Source: a virus (lineage: Duplodnaviria > Caudoviricetes). From it: DNA of 64,000 nt. Below are positions 1 to 10,200 of this stretch, piece by piece. The translations under genes and the position numbers were made by a program. How positions within the stretch are numbered: position 1 is the first letter of the stretch; every line of letters starts with the position of its first letter. The stretch lies in IMG/VR virus record IMGVR_UViG_3300001598_000004, positions 1 to 64,000 of that record, one strand, 5' to 3'. The notes beneath the pieces were generated by a model. That model searched no databases and was not told the DNA's origin. It saw only the letters and a program-made list of their open reading frames with translations.

Positions 1-219
1 TATATCTTTACCACCTATAAGCGCAGTCTTCATCGCTTCAAGTGAAACGTGCTTAACGATGCCTTCTCTTGTAGGAATCCGATGATACTTACATAGCATA
101 CGGCGAATATCATCCCAACTGATGCGTACTCTATTCTCTGGGTCTTCGTTCACCCAATTCTTTGCCCAAGTAGTCTTACCACTGCCTTGGATTCCTCTTA
201 CAAAAATTACTTTTGCCAT
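1..219 (-). CDS. P-loop kinase (AAA_33 / polynucleotide-kinase-like), truncated by window edge
   Basis: Not in ORF track. Manual translation from ATG at 219 gives MAKVIFVRGIQGSGKTTWAKNWVNEDPENRVRISWDDIRRML (Walker A plus DDIR motif). Confidence 0.8.
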   Translation of the reverse strand, partial: MAKVIFVRGIQGSGKTTWAKNWVNEDPENRVRISWDDIRRMLCKYHRIPTREGIVKHVSLEAMKTALIGGKDI

Positions 220-619
220 TGTTAATTGATTTAACCGTGATGTCGAGGGCTGTAATTGTTATTGATATGTCTAAACGTGGAAAATAATTGCAAATTCTCT
301 GTCTATTCCAGAGTGCCAACCTTAGTGCCAATAAGGATTTTGTCTTCTTTTAGGATGTGCCTTACATCTGTCAGAAATTTATAACCTAACAACTATCGTT
401 ACAATTCAACATTCAAAATGTTCTTGACTAACTGTTTATTAAGTTATATAAAATTCAATATAAAAATGATTAACTTGTATGGTGTTATAAATCGAAAATA
501 TATCGTTGGAAAAGTGTAAATTTGGGAAGCGTGAAAAATTCACGGATATTTTTCTCGTACAACCATTTGATGGATAGCGATTTACAACACCTAAACTAAA
601 TAAGCACGATTAATCATGC

Positions 620-1174
620 TTAATTCGTCACGTTTCGGGGATTTTTATATTTCTCTACGAAATCATCTACGTCCATATACTTTACTCCAGCGTTCTCAGC
701 GCATTTCTTGTCACTATCAGAGAACTGACCTTCCTTTCCACTTGCATCGCCTATCATAAGGCAATTACGCTTTGAGCAGTCTGTTCCATTATAGGCATCT
801 ATGCAATAGTCGTCAATCATTCCGCTATTAGGCTTTCTGCGTTCACAATTCGCGTCATTGACTATACAATACGCAAAGGTTACCCTTGTGTTAGGTAGGT
901 ACTTTCGCAGTTGACCACAAATGGCTGTTATCTTGTTGAAGAACTCTTTTTCATCAACGAAGCCTTTCTCGATACCACCTTGATTGCTTACTATGTGCAA
1001 GTGTGTAGGGTTATACTCTTGTATCGCAGAAATTATAGTCTCCTTGAATTGCCAATCATAGCAGTTCTCTGGGAATGTCTTGCCACTCTTGGTGATTATG
1101 ATAGTTCCGTCAAGGTCTGCGAACAAGACTCTTTCAAGTCGAAGATGTTTTTTTATCCATTTAAATATCTTCAT
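620..1174 (-). CDS. HAD-IIIA polynucleotide/DNA 3'-phosphatase (PNK3P-like)
   Basis: FADLDGTII (DxDGT), SNQGGI, RKPNSGM and MIGDASG motifs. Confidence 0.85.
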   Translation of the reverse strand: MKIFKWIKKHLRLERVLFADLDGTIIITKSGKTFPENCYDWQFKETIISAIQEYNPTHLHIVSNQGGIEKGFVDEKEFFNKITAICGQLRKYLPNTRVTFAYCIVNDANCERRKPNSGMIDDYCIDAYNGTDCSKRNCLMIGDASGKEGQFSDSDKKCAENAGVKYMDVDDFVEKYKNPRNVTN

Positions 1175-1192
1175 ATACTTTTATTTAAATTG

Positions 1193-3361
1193 TTATATTT
1201 GTTTATCCTCATTTGCGAGTGACTTAGCAAACATCTTATATCCTTTAGCATTAAAGTGCGAGGTGTCAACTGAGTAATATGCAAAGTTGAAAGCCGTTCT
1301 GCCACCCATTCTAAACATATCAAATACTCTAATGTTTGCCTTTGCGCAATTCTCTATTGCTGCATCAACGAAATCAACAAACGTAACTCCATTAGGATTA
1401 CGGTACTGACTTGGCACTACCATAGTTCCACTTGTTCCACCATCATCAGAAACCGATGTTCCAAGCCTTCGCCAACCTTGTGTTACATAAACAATCTTAA
1501 TGTGTGGGTACTTTGCAAGTATTTTGCTGAATCCATAATTCAGACCACCAAGATAGGTGTTTCTCGCATACTCCGCACCATCTTCGTACATATCACCGAT
1601 AGGACTGCCACCAGTGATGTCATTGTTGCCATAGTTGATGAATATTGTCGTAGGCTTGGAGAAGTCGCAAATCTTAAGGTTTGCCAATCTCTGATTAAAA
1701 TAAGAGTAACTTGCGCCTATATTAGCAATGGCACTTTCTTGATCTGCAAAACTTTCGTTATAAATAGCATCTGCAACACCTACAAGTGATAGTTTGTTCC
1801 AATATGGATCGCTTGCTTTTCCTGTGTCTCTCTCTGCTGCCCTACAACCAGAGAAACCTCCATTAAACACCATCTTATCAGTATATGAAATCAAGAACTG
1901 TTCAAGAGCGTTTTGTGGATTGTAACCAAAGAGAGAATCACCCAATAAAACAATATTCTCTTTTCTTGACAAATATTCCTTAATTCTTGGAGAGTTGTTC
2001 ACCTCTACGACCAAATCAATATTTAGTGGTTTGCCTCCACTAAATGACTGAGCATATTCAGTGCCGTTATAATGTATAACATAATAGCCGATAACCTCAC
2101 TTCCACGATAGAACTTTAGAATCTTATCAGTAAAGTCTAAACCATTTTTGTTGCCATCATTTACACCACCATATCTGCTTGCTAATGCAGTTCCGTTCTC
2201 GTCTATAAGACCAAGACTGACATAATCTTCTTTTGCTGCAATACTATTTATTTTCCACGCTGATGTCATGTTTGGGAAATACATTTCCACTAATGCGTCC
2301 TTATTCACAGAAGCACAGAAAACAACATCATTGGTTGGCTCGAATATCGCACCTTTTATCTGCTCAATCTCTTTCTTGTTGTTTTCTACAATATCAGAAA
2401 GTGAATTAGTTTTTATACTTACGGTGAAGTTTGCGGAACTTGATACTACTGCGGTTTTTGATATAAATTGAATATCCGTAGCATCGTCTGGAAATACTAT
2501 TTCGTAGGATTCGTTAGAATTAATTCCATCAGCCAATATCTTGCCTATTAATGTTGTTCCATTATATGCGAATATATCAATCTTTGTTATGGCTGTTTCA
2601 GATGTCTCTACTTTAACGTTGTAAACCGTGCCACCATTCAAGCCACCGATTTTCTTATTTAATTTAGCACCGCTACTAACGTCATATTGTTCAGTTATGT
2701 TTGTTCCACTGAACTCTGAAAGAGCCTTGTCAATATCCTTAATACTACCCTTAATAGATGTTATATCTTTCTGAGTGTTGAAAACATTTTGCTCAACGAC
2801 AGAAAGTCTTGGTTTGATTCCTTCTACTTGGTACGATGGCAGTTCTTCTCCGTCAGATTGTTTGGTTGGTAGCATACTTGTAAAATATGCCAAATCCTCT
2901 TCCGTCAACGATTGTGCTGTAGTACCTTTCTGATAGCACAAGACAAATGTGCCATCACTTTCAAATGTTAATGCAACCTGTGTCTTAGTTCGCTTTGATA
3001 CGCAAGTATTTGCAGCTTCATCATAAGAAAACATAACTACCCAATAATCACCCGTGAGAGCATTGGTTGTGTAAGTGCCTTCTGGAAGTATATTTGTTGA
3101 TGCGTAATTCGCATTTGTGGTTTTTCCATTTGCTGCATATCTAACATTTGGCTCAAGTATGACATTTGATGGTAGGGATGGCTGATTAGGGTTGATTGTT
3201 CCACCATTGAGTTCAACGTCAATCTTTGAGCCTAACGTGTCAAGTTGCTCCTTGACCGTCTTACCTGTCTCGCTATCCTTGACTAAGGAAGCCTCAGTAT
3301 GCGGGTAGTAGAGCTTGCTACCATCCTTGTTTGTTAATGTTATTTCTTGTGCTGTAGCCAT
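1193..3361 (-). CDS. Tail fibre/spike-associated protein with C-terminal SGNH/GDSL hydrolase
   Basis: LLGDSL, NYGNND and DTSHFN blocks; distal end of tail operon. Confidence 0.7.
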   Translation of the reverse strand: MATAQEITLTNKDGSKLYYPHTEASLVKDSETGKTVKEQLDTLGSKIDVELNGGTINPNQPSLPSNVILEPNVRYAANGKTTNANYASTNILPEGTYTTNALTGDYWVVMFSYDEAANTCVSKRTKTQVALTFESDGTFVLCYQKGTTAQSLTEEDLAYFTSMLPTKQSDGEELPSYQVEGIKPRLSVVEQNVFNTQKDITSIKGSIKDIDKALSEFSGTNITEQYDVSSGAKLNKKIGGLNGGTVYNVKVETSETAITKIDIFAYNGTTLIGKILADGINSNESYEIVFPDDATDIQFISKTAVVSSSANFTVSIKTNSLSDIVENNKKEIEQIKGAIFEPTNDVVFCASVNKDALVEMYFPNMTSAWKINSIAAKEDYVSLGLIDENGTALASRYGGVNDGNKNGLDFTDKILKFYRGSEVIGYYVIHYNGTEYAQSFSGGKPLNIDLVVEVNNSPRIKEYLSRKENIVLLGDSLFGYNPQNALEQFLISYTDKMVFNGGFSGCRAAERDTGKASDPYWNKLSLVGVADAIYNESFADQESAIANIGASYSYFNQRLANLKICDFSKPTTIFINYGNNDITGGSPIGDMYEDGAEYARNTYLGGLNYGFSKILAKYPHIKIVYVTQGWRRLGTSVSDDGGTSGTMVVPSQYRNPNGVTFVDFVDAAIENCAKANIRVFDMFRMGGRTAFNFAYYSVDTSHFNAKGYKMFAKSLANEDKQI

Positions 3362-3362
3362 A

Positions 3363-4724
3363 TTAGTCTATATTAAAAGTTTTTCCGCCTATCTTCATTA
3401 CTATCTCGTTGCCATCATCGTCCACCATTGGCTCTCCATCAATGTAGAGAGCGTTAGGGTTCTCATAACTGAACTCCGAATATGGCACTCTGTTCTCGCT
3501 TGAGTATGCCTTTGCGAGAGGTATGTTAGAGACGCTGATGTAGGAGGTGGTTGGATCTGCAAGTTCAAAGAGTAGTTCTACGCCTCTGTTCGATTCAGCA
3601 AACGCTCTTGCATCAAGGCACGAAGTATCTTTTACATACAGATATTTAGTTTCGCCATAGTTGCTCGCACTAATTGTTTTATCTGGATACTCGTCATATT
3701 TATTTGAGGCATAAGGTTCGCCTTTCTGATATTTAGCACATAAGAGTATCTGCGATATTATTTTTTTAGGGTCAAAGTGTATTGTATATAAATATCCCTC
3801 ATCTCTTTTTCTCCAACCCAAACTACCCATATCTACACTACCAATATTTCTCGTCACTCTGGCGGTGTTGGCCGTATCAGTCGGAAACTCAATAGTATCA
3901 GCTACATCTCCAACCTTACGCAATGGTTTATCCAAAGGAATGTCAATAACCTCACTGTCTGCTTTAATAAGCACATGGTACTTGCCATCTTCGCCTAAGT
4001 CACTGCAAGACATAATTGTCTTTGAACTCTCTGCAAGTTTGTAAGCAAATGGTTCTGCACCTGTTACATCGCTACAATAGTATGTCTTGTTGCCAATCGC
4101 ATCATAAAGACAGGCAACACCATTCGCATCCAAACAAGGTATCCAATCATGTACAAGTACACCATTATCGAGTGCCTGCAACTTGTATAGTCTTATAGCC
4201 GCAGTCAATGTATCAATCGCATTTTGCCGACCAAAAAGATAATAGTTACCATTATTACTTGCACCTGTTGCTGACTTGTACTCTCCATCTACGGTAGCCT
4301 CTATCAAATCATTCTTAAAAGTAACTACAGCATGCTGTATATCATTTGGAGAATCGAAAGCATACGTATTCCAACTTAATGTAAGTGTCCCGTTATAATA
4401 TGCAAAGAAATTTGTAATTGAACCTCCATTGCCTATAATTACATCAGTTCCAACTCTTTTTCTTGTAGAGGACACTAACATATCATACGTGAGTTTAGTG
4501 TTATATCCTAAAGCTATCACTTGATTGCCATTGCTTTCGATATACTCACATAACTGATACCCTTTTGGAAGCATTGTGTTGTCAACCTCTCCATCTTCTA
4601 CAATAATGGAGTTGCCTACCAGCTTCCATTGGGTGAGGAAGGTGATAGGCTCACGTTTATTGCCTGTGCCTATGCCCCCACCGTCAAGATAGGTGCACAG
4701 GTCTATATACAAAGTCTGGATCAT
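3363..4724 (-). CDS. Putative tail structural protein (beta-sandwich/lectin-like)
   Basis: 453-aa ORF in tail operon containing YCEYIES and DWIPCLD..G..CLYD motifs, common in Bacteroidales phage tail proteins. Confidence 0.45.
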   Translation of the reverse strand: MIQTLYIDLCTYLDGGGIGTGNKREPITFLTQWKLVGNSIIVEDGEVDNTMLPKGYQLCEYIESNGNQVIALGYNTKLTYDMLVSSTRKRVGTDVIIGNGGSITNFFAYYNGTLTLSWNTYAFDSPNDIQHAVVTFKNDLIEATVDGEYKSATGASNNGNYYLFGRQNAIDTLTAAIRLYKLQALDNGVLVHDWIPCLDANGVACLYDAIGNKTYYCSDVTGAEPFAYKLAESSKTIMSCSDLGEDGKYHVLIKADSEVIDIPLDKPLRKVGDVADTIEFPTDTANTARVTRNIGSVDMGSLGWRKRDEGYLYTIHFDPKKIISQILLCAKYQKGEPYASNKYDEYPDKTISASNYGETKYLYVKDTSCLDARAFAESNRGVELLFELADPTTSYISVSNIPLAKAYSSENRVPYSEFSYENPNALYIDGEPMVDDDGNEIVMKIGGKTFNID

Positions 4725-4726
4725 AC

Positions 4727-5002
4727 TTACTCAGCCTCTGTGATGTAACAATTTGTCTTTGGCTTAGTGCGTGATGTGATTCGCAAATATTTAGGGTACA
4801 CACCAGCTCTGAAATCCTTATCGACTACCAAGCCGACACGAGCACCCCATTTAGTTTCGTACTCACCGCCACTAACCGTACTCATATCAAGTACGATTGT
4901 ACCTTCCTGTTCTAACTCAACATGAAGGTTGAAGTCTGAATTAACTTGAGCATTACATACATAGAATCCATGCTCATTCTGTGTGAATGTCATTTTTGCC
5001 AT
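4727..5002 (-). CDS. Small hypothetical tail-region protein
   Basis: ORF tightly packed in operon. Confidence 0.5.
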   Translation of the reverse strand: MAKMTFTQNEHGFYVCNAQVNSDFNLHVELEQEGTIVLDMSTVSGGEYETKWGARVGLVVDKDFRAGVYPKYLRITSRTKPKTNCYITEAE

Positions 5003-5027
5003 AATTGTATTATTTTATAGTTAATAT

Positions 5028-6281
5028 TTAGTTATTCTGTTCTTCCTCGCTTGGTTCAGTAGGTGGTACTCCATCTTGATAGTAGTTCTGCTTCTCATAC
5101 CACAAGTGACCATTAAAAGCGAAACAATTGCTTGCCTTGACATTTTCCGTATCAAGGTCGTATATAGGAGTGTTGATGTATAATCCTTCGCGCGGCTCTC
5201 CGACTTGACTTGGATTGATAGTGTTTTCAAACAAAATACTCGACTCTTTGATTGGTGTTCTTCCAACAAAAGCACCTGTATAGATGAATCCGTCTATAGT
5301 AAGTAAGTGGGTACGCATCTGCTCAACATATCTGCAACCTATAACCTCTAATGAACGAATCTTCTTTGCATAGATAAATTTTGTGTTACCTTCGGCATGG
5401 ATATTCCATAGTTTCATGGAATTGACATTGCCTTCTTGGTTTGATATATCCTCAGTATCAAGCATGGCATTATCTGCGAACTTGAATGCTGTTCCACAAC
5501 TGTTTATCATGAAATCTCTGAACAATATTTCTCCTATGGTATTTTTACCTGATTCACGAACAACATCAACTCCTATATTAGAATTTACTATTTTTTTCCC
5601 TTCTATGACACAATCATATACACCATACCCTGTAGATTTTATCTGTATTGATGGCATACCTGTTTTGCTGCCAGCGAAACTATTGAACTTAATTCTGACA
5701 AGATTAATGTTTGCACTATCACTATATATTTGTATTCCACCAGATGTAGCGTTATTCTGCTGAATAGTTCCGTTAATAGTTACATTCGCCTCTGATGCTG
5801 TTATTTTTACGGCAAATTCATTTGTGAGTACGCAGTTTAATGTTCCATCGCAAATGAAATTAATAGCCTTGTTAATGACGATAGGTTTCGTGATACGATA
5901 CGCATATATCGTTCCGTTAGCAGCTTTGACATTAGCAGGAATATACACAGTATCTCCAGCAGATGCAGCAGCAATGGCAGCGTTAATCTTTACTGAGCTA
6001 TCTGCTACATAGGCATTATTTACAAGACCATAATCAAGACCATGCACTACCTTAACGGTACTTTTTGCAAATAACTCTACGCGCCATTTTCCTGTTGTTG
6101 CATTTACCTCGTTAGCAGCATGGTATTCATAGCGATTACCATCCTCAAGACAATATGATTTGTGACCTTCGTCGCATATAGTACACGCTTTCATTTCTGC
6201 GAGTGTAGCGAATTGGTCTCGTTCAAAATTAGGCTTAGTTGAACTTTCCAACTTAAAGCCATCGCCAATTAATATACTCAT
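5028..6281 (-). CDS. Tail-spike-like protein with right-handed beta-helix (pectate-lyase-like)
   Basis: DSSVKINAAIAAASAGDTVYIP start-of-helix motif followed by I/V/N-rich repeats. Confidence 0.6.
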   Translation of the reverse strand: MSILIGDGFKLESSTKPNFERDQFATLAEMKACTICDEGHKSYCLEDGNRYEYHAANEVNATTGKWRVELFAKSTVKVVHGLDYGLVNNAYVADSSVKINAAIAAASAGDTVYIPANVKAANGTIYAYRITKPIVINKAINFICDGTLNCVLTNEFAVKITASEANVTINGTIQQNNATSGGIQIYSDSANINLVRIKFNSFAGSKTGMPSIQIKSTGYGVYDCVIEGKKIVNSNIGVDVVRESGKNTIGEILFRDFMINSCGTAFKFADNAMLDTEDISNQEGNVNSMKLWNIHAEGNTKFIYAKKIRSLEVIGCRYVEQMRTHLLTIDGFIYTGAFVGRTPIKESSILFENTINPSQVGEPREGLYINTPIYDLDTENVKASNCFAFNGHLWYEKQNYYQDGVPPTEPSEEEQNN

Positions 6282-6291
6282 ACGAATTTAC

Positions 6292-7278
6292 TTATTGTAT
6301 TACCCAAGACATACCATCAATCTTGGCAAGGTCTGATATTGTGTAAATATTATATGATGTTGTTATTGTCGGTGCATTCTGGTATTCAAACCCACCTCCA
6401 AACATTCCACTAACGTTAACACCTTTCTTGCACGCAAAAACGAGCTTCTTGCCGATTGTGTCAGTGCCAGACGGAATTGTAAACGTAGCTGGTAGCGCAT
6501 CTTTTTCAATACTATTGCCCAAAGACAGCACGTTCGCATCCGTTGTAGGCACAGAAGAAACAATTCCCCACCACATCTTGAGTGCACCAACAACATATTC
6601 ACTTGATGTTGCGACAGCACTATTTACCCAATTGCTCTTAACGGCTATCGCCTTAATAGTCTTTGTCGCGTTAATAGTTGGCTTGTTTGCTGACGAATAT
6701 ACTGCGCTCGATGTCGTTGGTTGTGTGCCATCGGTAGTATAGTATATTGTCACTTCGTCAGTTGCGCAATCTATTGTTATAGTGCGAGACAAAGAATACT
6801 TGTTTCCGCTTGCGCTGATTGTAGGCTTTGCCACATTGCGGCTTGTTATGACTGAAATATTCACAACAGCAGATTCAAGACCATTTTTGACAGCCTTGAC
6901 AGCTATGATAGTTTCAGTTTCTTTTACGCTACTTGATGCGACACAAGTATATGAATTGCCATCAATCCAACTACCGCCATTAATGCTATATTTTATAATT
7001 GCTCCATCGGTGCTGCAAGCAAAAACAACATTACGGCTTGATGATGTATTGCTTCCAGAAACCGTATAGGTAGGAGAATTTGGCGCTACATAAGGAGATA
7101 CAGGAACAGCATATTTAATGCCATCATTTTCTACAATCAACATGCCGTTCTCTATATCTGCACCTGGAGTGCCACCACCACCGCCGTGTTCTACTATATC
7201 GTTGACTACCTTGTTGGTGTTATTCAGAAATTCAGCGAATATTACATCGCCATCTTCATAATTTGTCTTTAATGCCAT
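6292..7278 (-). CDS. Structural protein with CHB_HEX_C/Fn3-like domains
   Basis: ITIDCATDEVTIYYTTDGTQPT...TIKAIAVK motif, present twice in degenerate form. Confidence 0.65.
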   Translation of the reverse strand: MALKTNYEDGDVIFAEFLNNTNKVVNDIVEHGGGGGTPGADIENGMLIVENDGIKYAVPVSPYVAPNSPTYTVSGSNTSSSRNVVFACSTDGAIIKYSINGGSWIDGNSYTCVASSSVKETETIIAVKAVKNGLESAVVNISVITSRNVAKPTISASGNKYSLSRTITIDCATDEVTIYYTTDGTQPTTSSAVYSSANKPTINATKTIKAIAVKSNWVNSAVATSSEYVVGALKMWWGIVSSVPTTDANVLSLGNSIEKDALPATFTIPSGTDTIGKKLVFACKKGVNVSGMFGGGFEYQNAPTITTSYNIYTISDLAKIDGMSWVIQ

Positions 7279-7282
7279 ATCT

Positions 7283-10200
7283 TCAATCGCTTAATTGATT
7301 AGTATTAATGAGGTATTGACGTAGTTTACGCACTCCAACATAGTGACTTCCGTCAGGCATACATATATGCCAAGTATTGTTATTGCGAACGTTCCAAATA
7401 ACAAACTGCCTGTTCTCTTTTCCATCAACGTATTCCTTGACAATTACAGGCATCACATGACCTTCGGTTGTTGTTGGTGGCATAGTGTGAACTGTGTATA
7501 TACCTTCACTGAGAATAGATGTCGGTTGCTTTCCTTCTTCGGCTTTGGCTGTAACGACCTTACCATCATTCGCAAACTTTTCTTCTTGCCATTTTTCATC
7601 CTCTTGTAGAGAAATCCAATCACGCCAATATGCAGAGTAGTTTTCAATTTCTCCAAGTTTCTTTATACCTTGCCTCCACAGATATGCAGATGTTGGATTG
7701 AATGGCATTATAGTACCTAAATCATCGTCAAGGTTACTCCACTGCAAATATAGGCTAATAGGTGTGTAATATGCCCATTGTACTGAAATTTCAAACATAA
7801 TACCTTTTGGTCCCAGATTGTAAAGCAACTTACCCTCGTTATTGTAGTACTTTAGCACAGCATATCCATCAGCATCAAGTCCGAACTCAATATTTGGTTG
7901 TATATTGCCTGTTTTCATCACACGCATCAAACCGCCAGATATATCAATGGTAGCACCATTCTCTTCCATAGTTTGCAAGCGACCAACGATTAGATCGTCA
8001 ATACTTGCATTTACCACGCGCATAATATCAGCCTTTATCTGCTCGGAATAAAGAATGCGTGTAGCAACGAAATCACTTACTTGTGACTTTTGCCAAGGTC
8101 TGTCTGCATCCCATTTACTATTAGCTTGGTGACTTGCATCGTGTGGATCTTTGTTAGTATGAGTATAGTGACAAAGGAAGTACTCTGTTACTCCGTCAAT
8201 GGTTCTGACAACCATATCCTGATATTCCTCACCTCTCGCACCACCCATGTACTCAACATCTTCTTTCCACTCAGATGGTCCACGAAGAATAGCACCTCTT
8301 TGAGCCTTGTTTAACACATCAACGATAGCCTCTATTCTTGTGATTTGAAATTTTGACTCGCCAAACTTTGCTATGCCCATTTGCTCTACATTCTTAGGCA
8401 AAAGCATGAATGTTATCTTTTCAATACCATCATCCTTCTTGAGTTCAACGAATGAACCTTGAATTGGATTGCCATCATTGATAGAGTAGAACAGCCTATC
8501 CGTTACCTCAGTAGTTGTATCATCGCCAACAGTCTTACGAACCTTGCAAGTAACGATGTCAACATCTGGAACACCTTCGGCATCCCTCTGGACTACTGCT
8601 ACTGATGGAATGAGTGTGTACTGAGGTGTTGATTCTCCTTCTACAGCAGATTGTAACAGCTTCCAATCAGTATTTGTATCTGATGGTTCATCGACTCTTG
8701 CTTGTTCGACCACACACTCCCATTTAGCGTTATTGTGATAAACAGTATCAAAAGTGCTACTATTGCTAACGTATGGATCAGGACTATCAGCCACATTTGC
8801 ATCCCACTCGCCACGGAAACGCTCAATTCGGATAACATTTCCTTTATAGTCGATGAAATGCAAGTCCTGTATGAATGCACCTCTTGCGTATAAGTATGGC
8901 TGTGTAGGGTTAAGGCTGTGACCGCTTATAGTCTTTATGTCATAAGGCAAACCAAAGAATGCAGCATAGTTGTTCTGCGATAACTTAGGCTGAGTAACAC
9001 CATCAAGCATCGCAATTCTCTTCTCGTTTGAAGAGAGATACCAACAAGACTGACGACGGTTCACATACTTACCATCAACCAAATCAATTATTGCCCTATA
9101 TTCAGGATTCTCATGGTTCTCTTTTGTTGCAGGAATGCTATTACCCCAACGCTGAACTACCATGAGTGATGTTGGAGAGTAGTTCTTACTGATTTGGTTT
9201 TTACCACTTGGGCAATCACTATCAGCATACATAGACACTACCATGCTGTTATCGCCTTGTGCATCCGTTGACTCCACATGAAGCCATGTAGTATAGTAGT
9301 CACCTCGTTCTCCAAGATTAGAGAGGTTATTTACGATACCTCTGAGTACATCGCCAACACAGAAAGCGTGGAAATCTGTATCGCCACGCTTCTCCATGAT
9401 AGCCTTGTATCGCCCATCGCCTAATGGTTCAAGTTCCTTAATTGTTCCACTCTCCGTAAAGACATATTCAGATTCCTCCGCAGACAAACGATTATACACA
9501 AGTTCCAGAACTCTCAAAGCTGAACGCACCTCAAGTGACTCAACCTGCATATTACCATCGTTATCAACGCCCCATCCTCTGCCAAATGACATATCGTAGC
9601 CACTCCATGCCGCACTATTTAGCATTCCATCTACGATAGCATTTTTTACAACTTCGAGCCTATCAGCAGTAAGCTTGAATGGAGTTTCATCATCAGCATC
9701 CTTGTGGAGCATCCTTTCTTCGGCATCTTGCAAAGCACGAAGAATCTGCTGTATAGTGGCAGAGGAAACACTATTGCTATTGCTTATAATACCAATCTTG
9801 CTACTGATAGACTTTACGTCCTCTCTAAGTGTCTGTGTAGCACCTTTGAGGATGTCCGTACCGATAGTAAACTCAACTTGCGAAGGAATGTCAAGCTGAG
9901 TCACAATCTTTGTGATACGGCTATCAATCTCCGAGCCATCGACATTGCGGAGAATGACGTGCTGACCTAACGACAAATTTTTGTCGTAGGTGACAGAGTT
10001 TGACTTTACATTGTAGATATTGTTGTCAGCGAGGAGCTTGACAATCTCTTTATTTGCAGCTTCAAGAAGGTCAATACGCGCAACATTGAGGTATTCCTCT
10101 CCCATTAAAATATTGAAAAGGACTACCTTATCGCCGTTATTGCTTGGGAACGCTTCACCCCATGGCTCAAGTGTGTCATCATTAGGAAGAATGAGATCAT

